A stretch of 32,000 bases of DNA from Methylophaga frappieri (GTDB lineage Bacteria; Pseudomonadota; Gammaproteobacteria; Nitrosococcales; Methylophagaceae): the NCBI RefSeq assembly GCF_000260965.1, contig NC_017856.1:30001-62000 (forward strand). Reading direction: 5' to 3'. The position numbers were made by a program, and so were the translations under genes. Of this stretch, positions 30,710 to 32,000 are shown in pieces (position 1 is the stretch's first letter; every line of letters begins with the position of its first letter). Below the pieces are notes generated by a model. That model saw only the letters and a program-made list of their open reading frames with translations. It was not told the origin of the DNA and made no database searches.

Positions 30710-32000
30710 TTACCCAGTTACGCCATTGAGGGTCGGCCAATCTGAGATAGTTGGCAAGCGGATAGTTGCGGTTGTGCCCATCCCCACCGCGCTTTGAAAA
30801 ATAATATCACCACCATGCAAAGCCATAATTTGTTTACTAATTGACACACCCAAGCCCGTCCCTGGGACATTTCCTGAATTATCAGCGCGATAAAACTTCT
30901 CACCAAGATGGCTCAATTGCTCTTTATTCATCCCTACCCCTTCATCAGAAATAATAATTTCATGCCAATTTCGACTGAATTCTGGAGGGAGATAACTCAA
31001 TCTTATTTTGGATCGCACACCCGAGTACTTAATAGCGTTTGATAACAAGTTGATAATCACGCGGCGCATCTTCTCAGGATCAAATTTTGCCGGAATCTCA
31101 GATGGATACGTTGCTGATAACTGAATTGATTTAGGTTGTGCCATGATTTTAATTTGCTCACAGCAACTATCCAGAATACTCGCTAAATCGCCATCTACGG
31201 CCTCAACAAAGCTATTATTTTGAGACTGGATTTTGCCCAGATCGAGTAAGTCATCAGTAATTGTTGACAATAGTACTGACTGTTGGTGAATACGCTCCAA
31301 AATATCGCGTGTTTGCTGTTCGTCATATTGATAATTAAGTAAAAGCTCACTAAAACCTAAAATACCGGCTAGTGGCGTCCGCAACTCGTGAGCGGCAATA
31401 TTCAAAAAATCTGTTTTCAGTCGCTCTACCTCGGTTTCATGGCTAACATCGATAAAGTAGAAAACGGTAGAGTAGCCAGACTTGGAAAACACTTCATGGC
31501 GTTTTTTATGACAACGCAATATCACAGGCTTTTTACCATTCAACACAATTGTTGCAGATTCAAACTGAGATTTAAGACTGTTTATCTCTGATTCTTTGGC
31601 ATTAATTTGCTGATGAAATGCTGTGGTCAGTTGTTCAAACGTAATGCTTTCAAGTTCTGTTGTTTCAATGCCAAAAAAACGCGTCAAGGCATCATTAATA
31701 TAGGTGATTCGTAAACCCGCATTAACGATTAAAATACCGTCCGGCGACATATCCATCGCGACATATTTTTCTCGAAGCTGCCAAAGCATTTCGTTAAATG
31801 CACTTGCTGTATGCGCAAACTCATCATCGCCAGACACAGGCAAGAACTCCGGTATTTGATTGCGACTGATGCTGCGTGTGGCTTGTTCAATCTTTGCCAA
31901 TTTACGCTTGATGCTGTGCAGAAAAATAAAAAAGAACAGAATGAAAAGTAGCATCGCGATAATGGTCGCTAGCAACAGCCCTACCTCGATCTGGGTTAGC
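30710..32000 (-). CDS. Sensor histidine kinase with TM/HAMP-like region and PAS domain (5' end probably outside the window)
   Basis: H-box AAHELRTPLAGILGFSELL, N-box INLLSNAIKYS and G-box GTGLGVSISKQIM. The reading frame stays open upstream of the TTG at 31975 to the window edge. Confidence 0.85.
   Translation of the reverse strand, partial: LTQIEVGLLLATIIAMLLFILFFFIFLHSIKRKLAKIEQATRSISRNQIPEFLPVSGDDEFAHTASAFNEMLWQLREKYVAMDMSPDGILIVNAGLRITYINDALTRFFGIETTELESITFEQLTTAFHQQINAKESEINSLKSQFESATIVLNGKKPVILRCHKKRHEVFSKSGYSTVFYFIDVSHETEVERLKTDFLNIAAHELRTPLAGILGFSELLLNYQYDEQQTRDILERIHQQSVLLSTITDDLLDLGKIQSQNNSFVEAVDGDLASILDSCCEQIKIMAQPKSIQLSATYPSEIPAKFDPEKMRRVIINLLSNAIKYSGVRSKIRLSYLPPEFSRNWHEIIISDEGVGMNKEQLSHLGEKFYRADNSGNVPGTGLGVSISKQIMALHGGDIIFQSAVGMGTTATIRLPTISDWPTLNGVTG

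Noticed and set aside
30549-30740. 63-aa minus-strand ORF
   Set aside because: It runs straight through the tRNA-Ser gene and its terminator on the opposite strand, so it is spurious.
30563-32000. tRNA-Ser as an integration site for a genomic island, given the somewhat AT-rich kinase gene downstream
   Set aside because: There is no integrase, no repeat of the tRNA 3' end within the window, and a clean shared terminator. The yccA-serT arrangement resembles E. coli core synteny. This cannot be fully excluded without sequence beyond 32000.

Overview
This window reads as ordinary, densely packed chromosomal core from a gammaproteobacterium. I see about 29 protein genes, one tRNA, and short or overlapping intergenic regions. 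All identifications come from motifs read by eye in the supplied translations; no searches were run.

Gene order: hrpA 3' end; a visibly AT-richer signalling block (c-type cytochrome, PepSY protein, OmpR-family regulator, PhoQ-like kinase); a minus-strand zipA-ligA-TrpD2-like-YjbQ-YjgA operon in which every junction overlaps; queF-FGGY kinase-cysZ; a Bfd-like ferredoxin with a 470-aa protein I cannot place; aminotransferase and CbbY-like HAD; dksA; tamB and tamA; AraC regulator, aldehyde dehydrogenase and acs; hslR with a half-size mazG; a PAS-GGDEF-EAL membrane protein with both catalytic motifs degenerate; a stand-alone moaA; a YccA/BI-1 protein; tRNA-Ser(UGA); and a PAS histidine kinase that runs off the window.

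Synteny with E. coli (cysZ/zipA/ligA and yccA/serT) supports a core-genome context. I found no CRISPR array, transposase, integrase, phage gene, toxin-antitoxin pair or recognisable defence system, and no intergenic gap large enough to hide a sizeable RNA element.

The most interesting items are modest:
- The translationally coupled ligA-TrpD2-YjbQ-YjgA unit.
- The uncharacterised 470-aa protein coupled to a Bfd-like [2Fe-2S] protein.
- A possible frameshift or TTG-start problem at the tamA 5' end.
- A doubly degenerate GGDEF-EAL protein.
- A single-domain MazG coupled to hslR.

I do not see convincing evidence for a novel multi-gene system here.
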